This document shows, in pieces, positions 45,120 through 55,773 of a stretch of 64,000 nucleotides of DNA (within the stretch, counting starts at the first letter, position 1; each line of letters begins with the position of its first letter). Where the stretch lies: positions 25,544 through 89,543 of the forward strand of contig DAOSES010000006.1 in the NCBI GenBank assembly GCA_035363255.1, written 5' to 3'. Origin of the DNA: Caldisericia bacterium (GTDB lineage Bacteria > Caldisericota > Caldisericia > UBA6126). A model generated the notes under the pieces. That model was given only the letters and a program-made list of their open reading frames with translations. It was not told where the DNA came from and did no database searches. The translations under genes and the position numbers were made by a program.

Positions 45120-48100
45120 ATGCTTAAACGCCTTATCATTGCTGTTCTGATCAGTCTGATGATGATGGCATGGGCTTTTCCCTTTGAGATCCATACTAGC
45201 AATGCTCGAGATTTGCGAATGGACTTCAGGACTGATCCTGAACGTTTTGTGCTTGAAGATTCTTATCTTCATCTTTATGTTACCTGCAACGATGCATCCT
45301 GGCTCACCATCGAACTACTCATGGGTCAACAAACGATATTATGGCAAGAGCATATCGAAGTATCAGCTCAAGTGGAAAAATACCTTCAAATTCCAGTAGT
45401 TTATCCTTTGCTTGAAGATTTTGAAGTTCGTATCCTTGCACAAGCTCAAAACAGCACTTCCAAAGCTCAAAATCAGCGAAAATTTGTTATTCAAAGAAAA
45501 CAGCAAGGTTCTTTAAGCCTCCAGGGAAGAATCACACAGTGTTCTCCATTTCAACCTTTGGGTTTGGAAGGTGCATTGATTGAAATTATCAGTGGCCCGT
45601 CTGCTGGAAAAGAACTGACTGAAGATGAGGGCTATTTTGTTTTTAAACAGCTTCCTCCTGGTACCTACAAGGTGCGAGTAAGTCATCCCTGCTCATCTGA
45701 TGCTCTCGAAAAGATAATATTTCTTGATGAAAAAACTTCTTTCCAGGAATGGTGCCTTCAAACCTACCGGATACCCGACATGGATTTATGGCTCAACAAG
45801 CCTTCAGGGAGTGTTTTTGAAGTGGGCGAAACCATGACGGTTTTTTTACGTTCCTCTGTTTCAATGAAAGCTGATGTAATGATTACAGATTCTCGTGAGA
45901 CCAAACCACTATTTCGGGGCTTACACCTTCAACAAGACCAGATACAACGGTTTTTTTGGCGACCTACACCAGCACAACGCTTGGGCAAGGTCGAGTTGGC
46001 CTTGGTTCCTGCTGAAGAACAGCTCTGCGGTGAGGCTCGTTACCAATTTCAACTCATATCCAACATGCAAACTGGAGTCATCGGAGGTAGAGTACGATTG
46101 GGTGGCAAGGCGATGCAAGGAGTTAAAGTATATTTACCCTTGCAATCTACAGCCCCAGCTTTTACTGACGAACGAGGCTTTTTTGAAATACCCGATGTTC
46201 CTGCTGGAATCCACGTTGTTCGTGTAATGACCAGCGAAGACATGTATGCAGACAAGCATGGGGTTGAAGTTAGCAAAGGCAAAATCACTGAAGGAGTGGA
46301 AATTGATCTTCCTAATGAAAACATTAATTTTGTATTGGATCCACCTCAAATCTTTGCCACCACCCATGAACGCAGGGAAAAACAAGTCCCATTATTAATA
46401 TCACTCGACGAAGGAAGCATTAACAATCTTCAAGTTAAAATAGTGGAAGGACCCTCTGAGTTATCTGTTTTCCCCTCTTCTCTGCCTTCCTTATTGCGCG
46501 AGAAACGACGTGTTTGGCTCGTAATACCTGAAAACTGCCCTGTAGGAGATCATTCTGTCACAGTGCGTATTGGCAACAACCTTCACTCGGTTGAATGGAA
46601 GGGACTTATCCAGGTCACTGGTCTGTCTCGAGGCACTTTTGATGCTTCGATTGCACCACTCAAGAAGACAGTCATACAGGGTGAAGAAGCTATTTTTGAG
46701 GTGAAAGTTGAGAAATTCACCAATTTTAATGCCAAAGTATCAATCAAAGCTGAAACGCTTCCTCCTTATTCCGAATTTCAAGCAGAGGAAGCCAAAACAG
46801 CCCCCGCAAGTATTCAGTTTAAAGTACGAACCAGTTTAAACACTCCCCCAGCACAATATAGTGTATGGATCAAAGCTGAAGGAGATCAGCTCAGTTCCTG
46901 GTATTCCTGCCAACTTGAAGTGTTAAAAACTGGAGGCACTCTTGCAAGTGTACCTGATAGCACCTGGAATCCCATCGTTTCCGCAGGGCAACACGTGCAA
47001 TCCACTATCTCCTTATGGAGCCCCAAAGGAGAAACACGCCAGGTTCGCATCCAATTGGCATATGGACCCACCTGGCTCAGATTTGAAAATCGCAACATAG
47101 GAACTGTGGGTGAGAGTCCTATCGAGGTTCCGTTGATAGTTCAACCCGATAATCAAGTGGTTTCTGGAGCATATAACTATTCAATAAATCTGATCTATGG
47201 AGAGCGAAGTGAGGGTTTCTTCAAACTGGAAGGTCAGATCTATGTCCAACAAAATGAACTCGATACCCCCACCAACCTAAGAGCAAGATATATCAGAGAA
47301 AAAGGTAGCATTACTCTTACCTGGGGTCCCCCTGCAGAAGCGGCAGATCAGGTCGTAGGATACAACTTGTATCGATCATTACGATATCCCACCCTTGAGC
47401 ATGCTGTGCCTCTCAACTACAGCTTGATCACAGATCGTACCTACGTAGATGATGACTTTTTAGTAGGAAAATCTTACTGGTATGTAGTTCGAGCAGTAAG
47501 AAGCGATGGTAGTTTGAGTCCTCGATCCAACACAGCCGAAATTCGGATCAATCCTTCTTTTGTTTTTTCAATGAAATCTTCTTTCAGCAAAGGGGAAAAA
47601 GCTGTCTGTTTTGTGGGCGAACAAATAGGACTCACCTTAAAACCTTCTCATTCAGCTTCAGTGGAAGTTTGGATCAAGCAGAATGAAAGTTCCGTTTTAG
47701 TGTTGAGCCAGTCCTTAATTGGCAAAGCTCTGCAAGATTTATACTTTATTACTCCAGACCTGGAGGGAGAAGCGCTCATAGAAGTGAAAGCAGTAAAAGA
47801 GGATGGACAGCAGTCAATTTCCCAGCATTCCATTAACATCAAAAAAAATAGGAAGGGAAACATACAAGTCAAAGGAAAGCTCTTTAATTCCCTCTATCAA
47901 AGACCCATATCTCATGCGCGTATTTGGGTGTGGGATGGATTTAGCAGAGCTGAAAGTTACACGGATGCAGAGGGTCATTTTGTCTTAAAGGATCTGGAAG
48001 AAGGAATGTATCGATGGATGGTGGAGTATGCAGGCACCAAAGCTCTCACTGAAGCTCGATATGTCAGCGCAAATCAAAATGAACCATTGGAACTTGATCT

Positions 48101-50669
48101 TCCCTTATCATGGACTCCCCCCTTTTATGCCTGGCAGAAACCTGGCACTGAAAAGGATTCTTACCATCCAGGAGCTTCAATAGAGCTTGCAGTTTTTCCT
48201 TCGATGGATACTCAGCTTAGCATTTCAATTGAAACACAGGGTAAAGCGCGAAGATTGCTGATCGACAAAAATTTCACTGCATCAGTGATGCAAGCAGAAA
48301 CAATCCTCATCCCAGAAGATCTCCCCCCTGGAACTGCCTATTGCTTGATTGAATCAAGCCAACCTCAGGGTTTGGTAAGGATCCCTTTGCTCGTTCAAGA
48401 ACAAAGACATGAATGGCAGGGACAAGTGGTGGATCCTTTTGGAAATTTGCTGATGGGGGTTGACATTAAAGATGGGGAAGGAAAAGAGAGCATAGCAAAA
48501 ACCAATGAATGGGGTTATTTTGCTTTAGACCAAGCAGATTCAGCAATCAGCTTTCATCAACAAGCCTATGCTCCAGTATTTCTAAAAAAATCAGAAAATA
48601 CCTCTATGCAAGTGGTCCAATTAAGTTATGAGCTGGAGGATTCGGATATTACAATGCAAGATATTACCGTCTCAGATGATTTTACAGAGTTTGAATGGAT
48701 GATTCCATTGCGATCGGGATGGATTCCAGCAGTGGAGTTTTCCATATATTCAGGCATCAAAGAAGAAGTTGGGGAGGGTGAGGAAGCTCCAGAAGAAAAG
48801 CCATGGAAAAGCTGGCCAAAAAGAGACTTGTTTCCTGGCCATTGTTATCGTTTGCATATTGATGGAGTCCCTCTATCTTCAGACACGCGCCTGGAATGGA
48901 AACACTCTGATCAACGACATTCGGTTCCGATTGTTAAAGGCTTGCCCTATCGATGGCATGTAGAAAGTTTACCGCCTATACCCATAGTGGATGCTGGCAA
49001 AGAGCTTGTGCTTGAGTTGGACTTATATACTCATGGATATTACAAGAAGATTGTATATCTTGAAGTGGCAAGTGAAAATCCTGAAATCAAGGCTTGGCTG
49101 CTTCCTGAGCGTTTTGTATCAGGACAATTGCTAAGACTTATGCTTGACATACCTAGCCATGTTCCTGAAGGTACTTATCTGTTTTACCTCAGCATGAAAC
49201 TTGACGATCACAAAGATATCCGACCCTTACGAGTATCGATTCGTCAACCGCGAGCAGTTGAAACCAAGAACTTGAGCTGGCAGCCCACCTTATATGAAAA
49301 TCAAGCTATTGAGCAAAGGTTTTTCTTTAAAGATGGAATAGAAGAGCCTCAAAAATTCCCTGCACTTCCTGATGGAGTCAAGGTTCAATATTTGCCCTCT
49401 GAGCTACTTGTTCAGCTACAAAGCCCGAAACCTATTCCTAGCTTTTCATTGCCAGTGCACCATGCTGGAAATAAGCTTGCAGAAATTCAAGTTAATCCGC
49501 TGGTGCTTCCAAAAAAACAAATCACTGTGCCTGAGCTAACCTCCACTAGCGAAAGAGAAGGCGTGATGCTTCATTTGAATCCGCTTAGTGCAGGAACTTA
49601 TTATCAAATCTTTCGATCTCAAGCCCAAGAGAGCAAGATACCTCAACATTTTGATTGGCGCAGCACAGCAAATTATCTTGATACGAGTGTCAAAGAGCGA
49701 GAAACTTATCATTATCGTGCTTTAGTCACCGACGGACAACTTGAAGCGGTTTGGACTGAAACAACCACTCTCATTTACCGGCAGTTGTTTATTGTCATCC
49801 ATATTAATGATGGGCTTATCAGCAATCGAAAACAAATTGACTTGAAGGGGTCTGTGTCCATTGGTGCACGTTTATTCATCAACGACGAGTCCATCACCCT
49901 CGGTAGAAATGGAGTATTTGAAAAAACTTATTCCCTCAAGGAAGGACCCAATCGCTTTATTTTCAGAGCTGAGGATGATGCTGGGAATGTACTTGAAGAG
50001 CATCGTACGATATATCTTGATACTGAGCCTCCTCAGATTGAGTTGATTTCTCCCGATCAAAACATTACCCACACCCTTCAAAACAACCTGCAAATGAAAG
50101 TAAGATGTGAAGCAAAGGCTTATTTGGCTGTTAACGGAAACAAGCTTGATCTTGATGAGTCAGGGGTAGCCACATTTTCAACAAGCTTAGCTTTTGGTAG
50201 AAATGATTTTCAGTGGTTTGCTACCGACAGGGCGGGAAACCAAACCAAGCTAAACACCTGGGTATATAGATATAAGGCACAAACCCTGCTCAAGCTTCAA
50301 ATTGCCAATCGAACAGCATATATTGGCGAAAAAGCTATAATTCTTGATGCTCCTCCCCAGATTGTGAGTGGTAGAACCCTGGTTCCTTTAAGATTTATAG
50401 CTGAAGCTATGGGGAGCAAAGTGGAGTGGATTGCTTCGAGCAAGGAGATAATTCTTCGTTTGGGCGATAAAACCATCAAACTTCAAGTCGGGCTGAAAGA
50501 AGCCTTGATAAATAATCAAGATAAAGTTATCCTTGATGTTCCTCCAATGATAATGGAAGGACGAACTATGGTTCCCTTGCGTTTTGTTGCGGAGGTCTTG
50601 AATAGTAAGGTTGACTGGTTGCCTCAAACCAAAGAAATACATGTATTGGTGTGGGTTTGGGAAGCATAA
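45120..50669 (+). CDS. Giant secreted surface protein (1849 aa). It has carboxypeptidase-regulatory-like/Cna-B-like beta-sandwich domains, FN3, a C-terminal [AEDDAGN...LDTEPP] module, and two Cu-amine-oxidase-N-like anchoring domains.
   Basis: Signal peptide LIIAVLISLMMMAWA. Motifs GYFVFKQLPPGTYKVRV and GFFEIPDVPAGIHVVRV. C-terminal GRTLVPLRFIAEAMG and GRTMVPLRFVAEVLN. Confidence 0.75.
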   Translation: MLKRLIIAVLISLMMMAWAFPFEIHTSNARDLRMDFRTDPERFVLEDSYLHLYVTCNDASWLTIELLMGQQTILWQEHIEVSAQVEKYLQIPVVYPLLEDFEVRILAQAQNSTSKAQNQRKFVIQRKQQGSLSLQGRITQCSPFQPLGLEGALIEIISGPSAGKELTEDEGYFVFKQLPPGTYKVRVSHPCSSDALEKIIFLDEKTSFQEWCLQTYRIPDMDLWLNKPSGSVFEVGETMTVFLRSSVSMKADVMITDSRETKPLFRGLHLQQDQIQRFFWRPTPAQRLGKVELALVPAEEQLCGEARYQFQLISNMQTGVIGGRVRLGGKAMQGVKVYLPLQSTAPAFTDERGFFEIPDVPAGIHVVRVMTSEDMYADKHGVEVSKGKITEGVEIDLPNENINFVLDPPQIFATTHERREKQVPLLISLDEGSINNLQVKIVEGPSELSVFPSSLPSLLREKRRVWLVIPENCPVGDHSVTVRIGNNLHSVEWKGLIQVTGLSRGTFDASIAPLKKTVIQGEEAIFEVKVEKFTNFNAKVSIKAETLPPYSEFQAEEAKTAPASIQFKVRTSLNTPPAQYSVWIKAEGDQLSSWYSCQLEVLKTGGTLASVPDSTWNPIVSAGQHVQSTISLWSPKGETRQVRIQLAYGPTWLRFENRNIGTVGESPIEVPLIVQPDNQVVSGAYNYSINLIYGERSEGFFKLEGQIYVQQNELDTPTNLRARYIREKGSITLTWGPPAEAADQVVGYNLYRSLRYPTLEHAVPLNYSLITDRTYVDDDFLVGKSYWYVVRAVRSDGSLSPRSNTAEIRINPSFVFSMKSSFSKGEKAVCFVGEQIGLTLKPSHSASVEVWIKQNESSVLVLSQSLIGKALQDLYFITPDLEGEALIEVKAVKEDGQQSISQHSINIKKNRKGNIQVKGKLFNSLYQRPISHARIWVWDGFSRAESYTDAEGHFVLKDLEEGMYRWMVEYAGTKALTEARYVSANQNEPLELDLPLSWTPPFYAWQKPGTEKDSYHPGASIELAVFPSMDTQLSISIETQGKARRLLIDKNFTASVMQAETILIPEDLPPGTAYCLIESSQPQGLVRIPLLVQEQRHEWQGQVVDPFGNLLMGVDIKDGEGKESIAKTNEWGYFALDQADSAISFHQQAYAPVFLKKSENTSMQVVQLSYELEDSDITMQDITVSDDFTEFEWMIPLRSGWIPAVEFSIYSGIKEEVGEGEEAPEEKPWKSWPKRDLFPGHCYRLHIDGVPLSSDTRLEWKHSDQRHSVPIVKGLPYRWHVESLPPIPIVDAGKELVLELDLYTHGYYKKIVYLEVASENPEIKAWLLPERFVSGQLLRLMLDIPSHVPEGTYLFYLSMKLDDHKDIRPLRVSIRQPRAVETKNLSWQPTLYENQAIEQRFFFKDGIEEPQKFPALPDGVKVQYLPSELLVQLQSPKPIPSFSLPVHHAGNKLAEIQVNPLVLPKKQITVPELTSTSEREGVMLHLNPLSAGTYYQIFRSQAQESKIPQHFDWRSTANYLDTSVKERETYHYRALVTDGQLEAVWTETTTLIYRQLFIVIHINDGLISNRKQIDLKGSVSIGARLFINDESITLGRNGVFEKTYSLKEGPNRFIFRAEDDAGNVLEEHRTIYLDTEPPQIELISPDQNITHTLQNNLQMKVRCEAKAYLAVNGNKLDLDESGVATFSTSLAFGRNDFQWFATDRAGNQTKLNTWVYRYKAQTLLKLQIANRTAYIGEKAIILDAPPQIVSGRTLVPLRFIAEAMGSKVEWIASSKEIILRLGDKTIKLQVGLKEALINNQDKVILDVPPMIMEGRTMVPLRFVAEVLNSKVDWLPQTKEIHVLVWVWEA

Positions 50670-50694
50670 GTAAGGACACAAATTGGAGGATGCG

Positions 50695-51126
50695 ATGAAA
50701 GCTAAAAAAATTAATCCTGACCGTTGGGTAATTCGACTTGAAAAAGGCGAAGAAATCGTGCAGACCTTGAAGGCTTTTTGTCAGAAGAATCACTTGACCG
50801 GAGGATCAATATCGGGTATTGGAGCTAGCAATTCAATTACTATCGGACTATTTGAATGTGAAAATAAACAATATCAATCCCTCGAATTGGTAGGCGATTT
50901 TGAAATAACAAGTCTTTTAGGAAATCTATCCACCTTCAAAGGAGAGGTTTATCTTCACCTACATGCCACGATTGCAGACAAAAATCAAAGGGTCTTTGGA
51001 GGCCATTTAAACCAAGCCATCATCAGCGCTACAGCAGAAATTGTTCTGCAAGAAATGCCAGGGTTTGGAGATCGCTATTTTGACGATGAAATAGGTTTAA
51101 ACCTGTTAGATTTACCTGATGCATAA
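50695..51126 (+). CDS. PPC/DUF296-domain protein.
   Basis: GGSISGIGASNSITIG...LHLHATIAD pattern of the PPC domain. ATG 50695 with RBS GGAGG; the ORF-track start 50683 is a TTG codon. Confidence 0.55.
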   Translation: MKAKKINPDRWVIRLEKGEEIVQTLKAFCQKNHLTGGSISGIGASNSITIGLFECENKQYQSLELVGDFEITSLLGNLSTFKGEVYLHLHATIADKNQRVFGGHLNQAIISATAEIVLQEMPGFGDRYFDDEIGLNLLDLPDA

Positions 51127-51207
51127 ATCTCAATAATTTTGAACGTTTCCTTGACAGCTAAAGTATGTTTAAAGCATAAAATGAATTTGGATGGAGGTTG
51201 CAACTAA

Positions 51208-52356
51208 ATGGCACAAGAAGTTAATCGGAGATATTTCACGTCTGAATCTGTCACAGAAGGACACCCAGACAAAGTGTGTGACCAAATCTCAGATGCTATA
51301 CTGGATGAAATTCTTGCCAATGATCCCCAGGGAAGAGTGGCTTGCGAAGTGGTTGTCACAACGGGACTCGTGATGGTGATGGGTGAAATCACCACTTCAT
51401 GCTATGTCGATATTCCCAAAATCACCCGTCAAACCATCTCAGAAATCGGATATCACAATCAAAATTGTGGTTTTGATTCTGAAACCTGTGGGGTAATCAA
51501 TACGGTAAAAGAACAATCTCCCGACATATCCTGTGGAGTGGATACTGGTGGAGCAGGAGACCAGGGCATGATGTTTGGATATGCTTGCAATGAAACTCCT
51601 GAGTTTATGCCTCTGCCTATTTCTTTGGCTCATCAACTGGCCCATCGGCTGGCAGAAGTTCGTAAATCAGGATTGTTGCCTTATCTTCGACCCGATGGGA
51701 AAACCCAGGTAACGGTGGAATATGATGAGAATCAGCAAGCGCTTCGAGTGGATACCGTTTTGATTTCCACCCAGCATACTCCCAATGTTTCCCAAGCTAC
51801 TATCGCCAGAGACTTAAAAGAACACGTTATACTGCCTGTGATTCCTGCCTCCCTTCTGGATGAAAATACCCGCTATCTCACCAATCCTACTGGAATATTT
51901 TGTATTGGGGGCCCCGAAGCTGACTCAGGTTTAACTGGTCGTAAGATAATTGTAGACACCTATGGAGGCTATTCCCGTCATGGTGGGGGGTCCTTTTCCG
52001 GCAAAGATCCCACCAAGGTGGATCGTTCTGCGGCATATGCCACCCGTCATGCAGCTAAAAATATTGTAGCTGCTGGTCTTGCTGATCGTTGTGAATTGCA
52101 ATTGGCTTATGCCATAGGGGTAGCCGAACCTATTTCAGTCTATATTGATACTTTCGGAACTCATAAAATTCCAATGGAAGAGCTCTACCGCAAAGTACTC
52201 AAAACCTTCAACTTTCAACCCAGGTCCATTATTGAGTATTTTGGACTGCGTAGACCGATCTACCGAAAAATAGCAGCCTATGGGCATTTTGGTCGCACAG
52301 ACCTGGATCTCCCCTGGGAAAAACTCGATAAAGTGGAGGCATTAAAAAATGCTTGA
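51208..52356 (+). CDS. metK: S-adenosylmethionine synthetase.
   Basis: [24 protein letters not shown] and [19 protein letters not shown] motifs; RBS GGAGG. Confidence 0.95.
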   Translation: MAQEVNRRYFTSESVTEGHPDKVCDQISDAILDEILANDPQGRVACEVVVTTGLVMVMGEITTSCYVDIPKITRQTISEIGYHNQNCGFDSETCGVINTVKEQSPDISCGVDTGGAGDQGMMFGYACNETPEFMPLPISLAHQLAHRLAEVRKSGLLPYLRPDGKTQVTVEYDENQQALRVDTVLISTQHTPNVSQATIARDLKEHVILPVIPASLLDENTRYLTNPTGIFCIGGPEADSGLTGRKIIVDTYGGYSRHGGGSFSGKDPTKVDRSAAYATRHAAKNIVAAGLADRCELQLAYAIGVAEPISVYIDTFGTHKIPMEELYRKVLKTFNFQPRSIIEYFGLRRPIYRKIAAYGHFGRTDLDLPWEKLDKVEALKNA

Positions 52357-52897
52357 ACGCCAAGAAGCACTGACTTTTCTTCGTCAGCATATTCACAAGG
52401 AAAACCTGGTCAAACATATGCTGGCCACTGAAGTTTGCATGCGCAAATTGGCTGAAACTCGCAAGGAAGACCAGGAATCCTGGGCTTTGGCAGGGCTTTT
52501 ACACGATATAGACTACGAATTGACTGCAGAAAACCCTCAGAAACACGGAATCATATCGATGGACATGCTTGCTGGCTCCGACCTTAGCCCCGAGATCCTT
52601 GATGCCATCAAATCACATTCAGGGCATTGCGAACGAAGCACTCCCATGGCTAAGGCTCTTTATGCCATCGATCCTTTGACAGGTTTGATTGTAGCCTCTG
52701 CCTTGATGACACCCATGCGTAAGCTTTCTGCCTTAAATACTGAAACTGTTATGAAGCGCTACAAAGAAAAACGCTTCGCTGCTGGAGCTTGCAGAGATCA
52801 GATAGCATCATGTACTGAGTTGGGTTTAACTTTGGATGTGTTTGTAGGATTATGCGTTGAGGCGATGCAGAATGCTTCCGATGAATTGGGGCTCTGA
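52349..52897 (+). CDS. HD-domain phosphohydrolase.
   Basis: H...HD motif (HMLATEV...AGLLHDID). Start overlaps the metK stop. Confidence 0.7.
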   Translation: MLERQEALTFLRQHIHKENLVKHMLATEVCMRKLAETRKEDQESWALAGLLHDIDYELTAENPQKHGIISMDMLAGSDLSPEILDAIKSHSGHCERSTPMAKALYAIDPLTGLIVASALMTPMRKLSALNTETVMKRYKEKRFAAGACRDQIASCTELGLTLDVFVGLCVEAMQNASDELGL

Positions 52898-53502
52898 TGA
52901 GACCTGATTTCATTATGTCTCTGCTTATAAATATTCCTGCTGTTTTGGTTGCCATCACCGTCCATGAGTTTTCTCATGCGCTGGCGGCTTATAAAATGGG
53001 GGATACCACTGCCGCCGACCAAGGGCGCTTGAGCCTAAATCCATTGGATCACTTGGATCCTATCGGCACCCTAATGCTTGTAATATTTCGATTTGGTTGG
53101 GCTAAGCCTGTGCCTATCAACCCTTATCGGTTCAAGAACTATAAAAAGGGAGTGATTATCGTTTCCCTTGCGGGGCCTGCTTCCAATTTAATTATGGCTA
53201 TGGCAGGTGCTATTCTGGCTCGTTTCATTATTCCTATGGGTATCTATGTTTTGAGCCAGTTTATCTACACTTTTATTTTTATCAACATCGTATTGGCTAT
53301 ATTTAATCTCTTACCTATTCCTCCCCTCGATGGATCCAGGCTGATTACCGTTATGATTCCCCCCAAATACAATCATATTGCTATCTTTCTGGAACGGTAC
53401 GGATTTCTTATTCTTGTGGTCATTTTATTTGGATTCCCAGGGATATTCAGTGCAGTGGTTCAGCCTATTGCGAACTATCTTTTGAACCTTTTTCTTTTCT
53501 AA
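52897..53502 (+). CDS. Site-2-protease-family (M50) zinc metalloprotease, small membrane-embedded form.
   Basis: HEFSHA (HExxH) within TM1; LDGS-type motif in a later TM helix. Confidence 0.7.
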   Translation: MRPDFIMSLLINIPAVLVAITVHEFSHALAAYKMGDTTAADQGRLSLNPLDHLDPIGTLMLVIFRFGWAKPVPINPYRFKNYKKGVIIVSLAGPASNLIMAMAGAILARFIIPMGIYVLSQFIYTFIFINIVLAIFNLLPIPPLDGSRLITVMIPPKYNHIAIFLERYGFLILVVILFGFPGIFSAVVQPIANYLLNLFLF

Positions 53503-53505
53503 GCT

Positions 53506-54105
53506 ATGTTTTATTACTTTGCTTTGTATGTGGTTCGAGCCCTCTTATGGCTCCGATGCAGTATCAAAGTAGAGGGACTGGAAAACTTACCTCTGCAGGG
53601 AGGAGGCTTTCTCCTTGCTAATCATGCCACAGTGCTTGATCCAGTGATCATTGGTTCTGTAATCACCAAACGTAAAATTCGATTTATGGCAAAAAAAGAA
53701 CTATTCAATTCCTGGGGTATGAGAACCCTGATATCTCATCTTGGAGCTTTCCCAGTAGATCGAGCATCCACCGATCGTGCTTTTATCCACCAGGTGACCC
53801 AATATCTGAGTCAAAATCAGGAATTGATTTTGATTTTCGGTGAAGGCACTCGAAACCGTACCCAAGAGCTTGCTTTGCTTCCTCTCAAATCAGGTTTCGC
53901 TTTTTTAGCCAAACGATCCTCAGTTCCAGTGATACCTCTTTATGTGAGTGGAGTTCGATCGCTTTTCAAACCAATCTTTCGACCCAGAGTGCAGGTATCA
54001 TTTGGTGAAGCCATGTATATCAATGAAATTCGAAGTGCGGTTCAAATCATGCAAGAAACCATGGAAAGCCTGGCATGGAAGCACAAGCAGGAACAAGCAC
54101 AGTAA
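53506..54105 (+). CDS. plsC: 1-acyl-sn-glycerol-3-phosphate acyltransferase (PlsC family).
   Basis: NHATVLD (HX4D) and FGEGTR motifs. Confidence 0.8.
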   Translation: MFYYFALYVVRALLWLRCSIKVEGLENLPLQGGGFLLANHATVLDPVIIGSVITKRKIRFMAKKELFNSWGMRTLISHLGAFPVDRASTDRAFIHQVTQYLSQNQELILIFGEGTRNRTQELALLPLKSGFAFLAKRSSVPVIPLYVSGVRSLFKPIFRPRVQVSFGEAMYINEIRSAVQIMQETMESLAWKHKQEQAQ

Positions 54106-54162
54106 ACGAGAGCTGAAGGTGATTTTGTGGTAAGCTTTAAAAAAGGGTATAATTAAACTGAT

Positions 54163-55773
54163 ATGGATAGGATTTCGGATATTTTTGCAGAAGATATAGC
54201 ACTTTTCCTGCAAGTATTTCCCTTGGAGCTCAGAAAGAGTATTCAAGAAGCAGGAGATTTGAACGACCTTATTGAAGTGATTCTGGACGTTGGAAGACTT
54301 CCAGAAGCACGGTTTTATCATGCTGTAAAAGCCTTATCCAGCAAAAAACTTGAAAAAGCAGATCTAAACCTCATCTTGGAGCAATTTGATCATTTTGACC
54401 ATGACAATCGTGCGGGAATTGATCGCACCCTTCATCGTATATCAGCCATACGTAACCGGCATGAAGAAATTGTGGGTCTCACCTGTCGAGTTGGCAGGGC
54501 TATTTTTGGTACAGTTGACATTGTCAAGGATATGGTAGAATCTGGTAAAAACATTCTACTCCTTGGCAAACCTGGGATAGGCAAAACCACACTATTGCGC
54601 GAAAGTGCTCGAGTATTAAGCAAAGAATTATCCAAGCGAGTGGTTATTGTTGATACCTCCAATGAAATTGCAGGGGATGGCGATACTCCTCATCCCGCTG
54701 TGGGACTTTCCCGTAGAATGCAGGTTCCTCCTCGCCGCGAGCAATATCAAGTCATGATCGAAGCCGTAGAAAATCACACTCCCGAAGTCATTATCATCGA
54801 CGAAATCAGCACTTCCGAAGAAACTTCCGCTTGCCGTACTATCGCTGAGCGTGGAGTCCAACTTATCGCTACTGCCCATGGCAACACACTCGAGAATGTT
54901 CTTTTCAATCCCACCATTAGTGATTTAGTGGGAGGGATCACCAGTGTGATTTTAAGTGATGAAGAAGCTGCAAGACGTGGAACCCAAAAAACAGTACTTG
55001 AGCGAACTTCCCAGCCCACTTTCAATGTGTTGATCGAAATTCATGGACGCGAAGAGTTTGCAATATATAAAGATGTACAGAGCACGGTGGATCGCTACTT
55101 AAGAGGTTTTCCAGTTGCTCCTGAAGTAAGAAAACGCAGTAATGACGGAGCAAGCTATGTGGTCGATAATCCAAGCACTGAACGCATTGATCTACAACAA
55201 GAAAACTCCCTGTCTGACCAACACTTTCTCCAACGAAAAGGATCCAAAATATCCGAAGATCCCTTACTCAGCATTTCCCAACGAAAGCAGGTTCGAATTT
55301 TCCCTTTTGGGATTAGTGCCCACTATTTAAATCGAGCCCTAAAAGGGGCTCGTTTTGATGGAGTAATGGTAAAGCGCTTGCAAGATGCCAGTTTGATTTT
55401 AACAACCGAAACCTTTCGAAAAAAGAATTCAGATGCTTTGCGCATGGGCGAAAACATGAACATCCCCATCTATTCTATCTATTCCAATACCCTCAGCGAA
55501 GTGAAAAAATTTGTTTCGCAATACCGGAGCCATGAAAAGCAAGCAGTATTCAGCCTGGAACGTATTGAAAAACTCATTGAGCAAGTATTCATTACCGAAA
55601 CCCCAGTTAGTTTGCCTGCAGCAGACTCCAAAATTCGAAAGCTTGAACATCAACTAGCAGCCCGATTTGGCTTGAATTCAGAAAGTTATGGAGAGGAGCC
55701 TTCACGTTTTGTGGTGGTGTATCCTCCTGGTAAAGATGAAAAGGAGTGGTCAAATGAAGACGAAATTAATTAA
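54163..55773 (+). CDS. SpoIIIAA-like / Ycf45-like AAA+ ATPase with a long C-terminal extension.
   Basis: N-terminal EVILDVGRLPEARF, Walker A GKPGIGKTT, Walker B VIIIDEIS, then a C-terminal region of about 250 aa. Confidence 0.65.
   Translation: MDRISDIFAEDIALFLQVFPLELRKSIQEAGDLNDLIEVILDVGRLPEARFYHAVKALSSKKLEKADLNLILEQFDHFDHDNRAGIDRTLHRISAIRNRHEEIVGLTCRVGRAIFGTVDIVKDMVESGKNILLLGKPGIGKTTLLRESARVLSKELSKRVVIVDTSNEIAGDGDTPHPAVGLSRRMQVPPRREQYQVMIEAVENHTPEVIIIDEISTSEETSACRTIAERGVQLIATAHGNTLENVLFNPTISDLVGGITSVILSDEEAARRGTQKTVLERTSQPTFNVLIEIHGREEFAIYKDVQSTVDRYLRGFPVAPEVRKRSNDGASYVVDNPSTERIDLQQENSLSDQHFLQRKGSKISEDPLLSISQRKQVRIFPFGISAHYLNRALKGARFDGVMVKRLQDASLILTTETFRKKNSDALRMGENMNIPIYSIYSNTLSEVKKFVSQYRSHEKQAVFSLERIEKLIEQVFITETPVSLPAADSKIRKLEHQLAARFGLNSESYGEEPSRFVVVYPPGKDEKEWSNEDEIN

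Noticed and set aside
51127-51207. SAM-I (S-box) riboswitch upstream of metK.
   Set aside because: Only an 81-nt leader is available. No S-box conserved helices or kink-turn could be found by eye. This is reported as a finding of absence rather than a feature.
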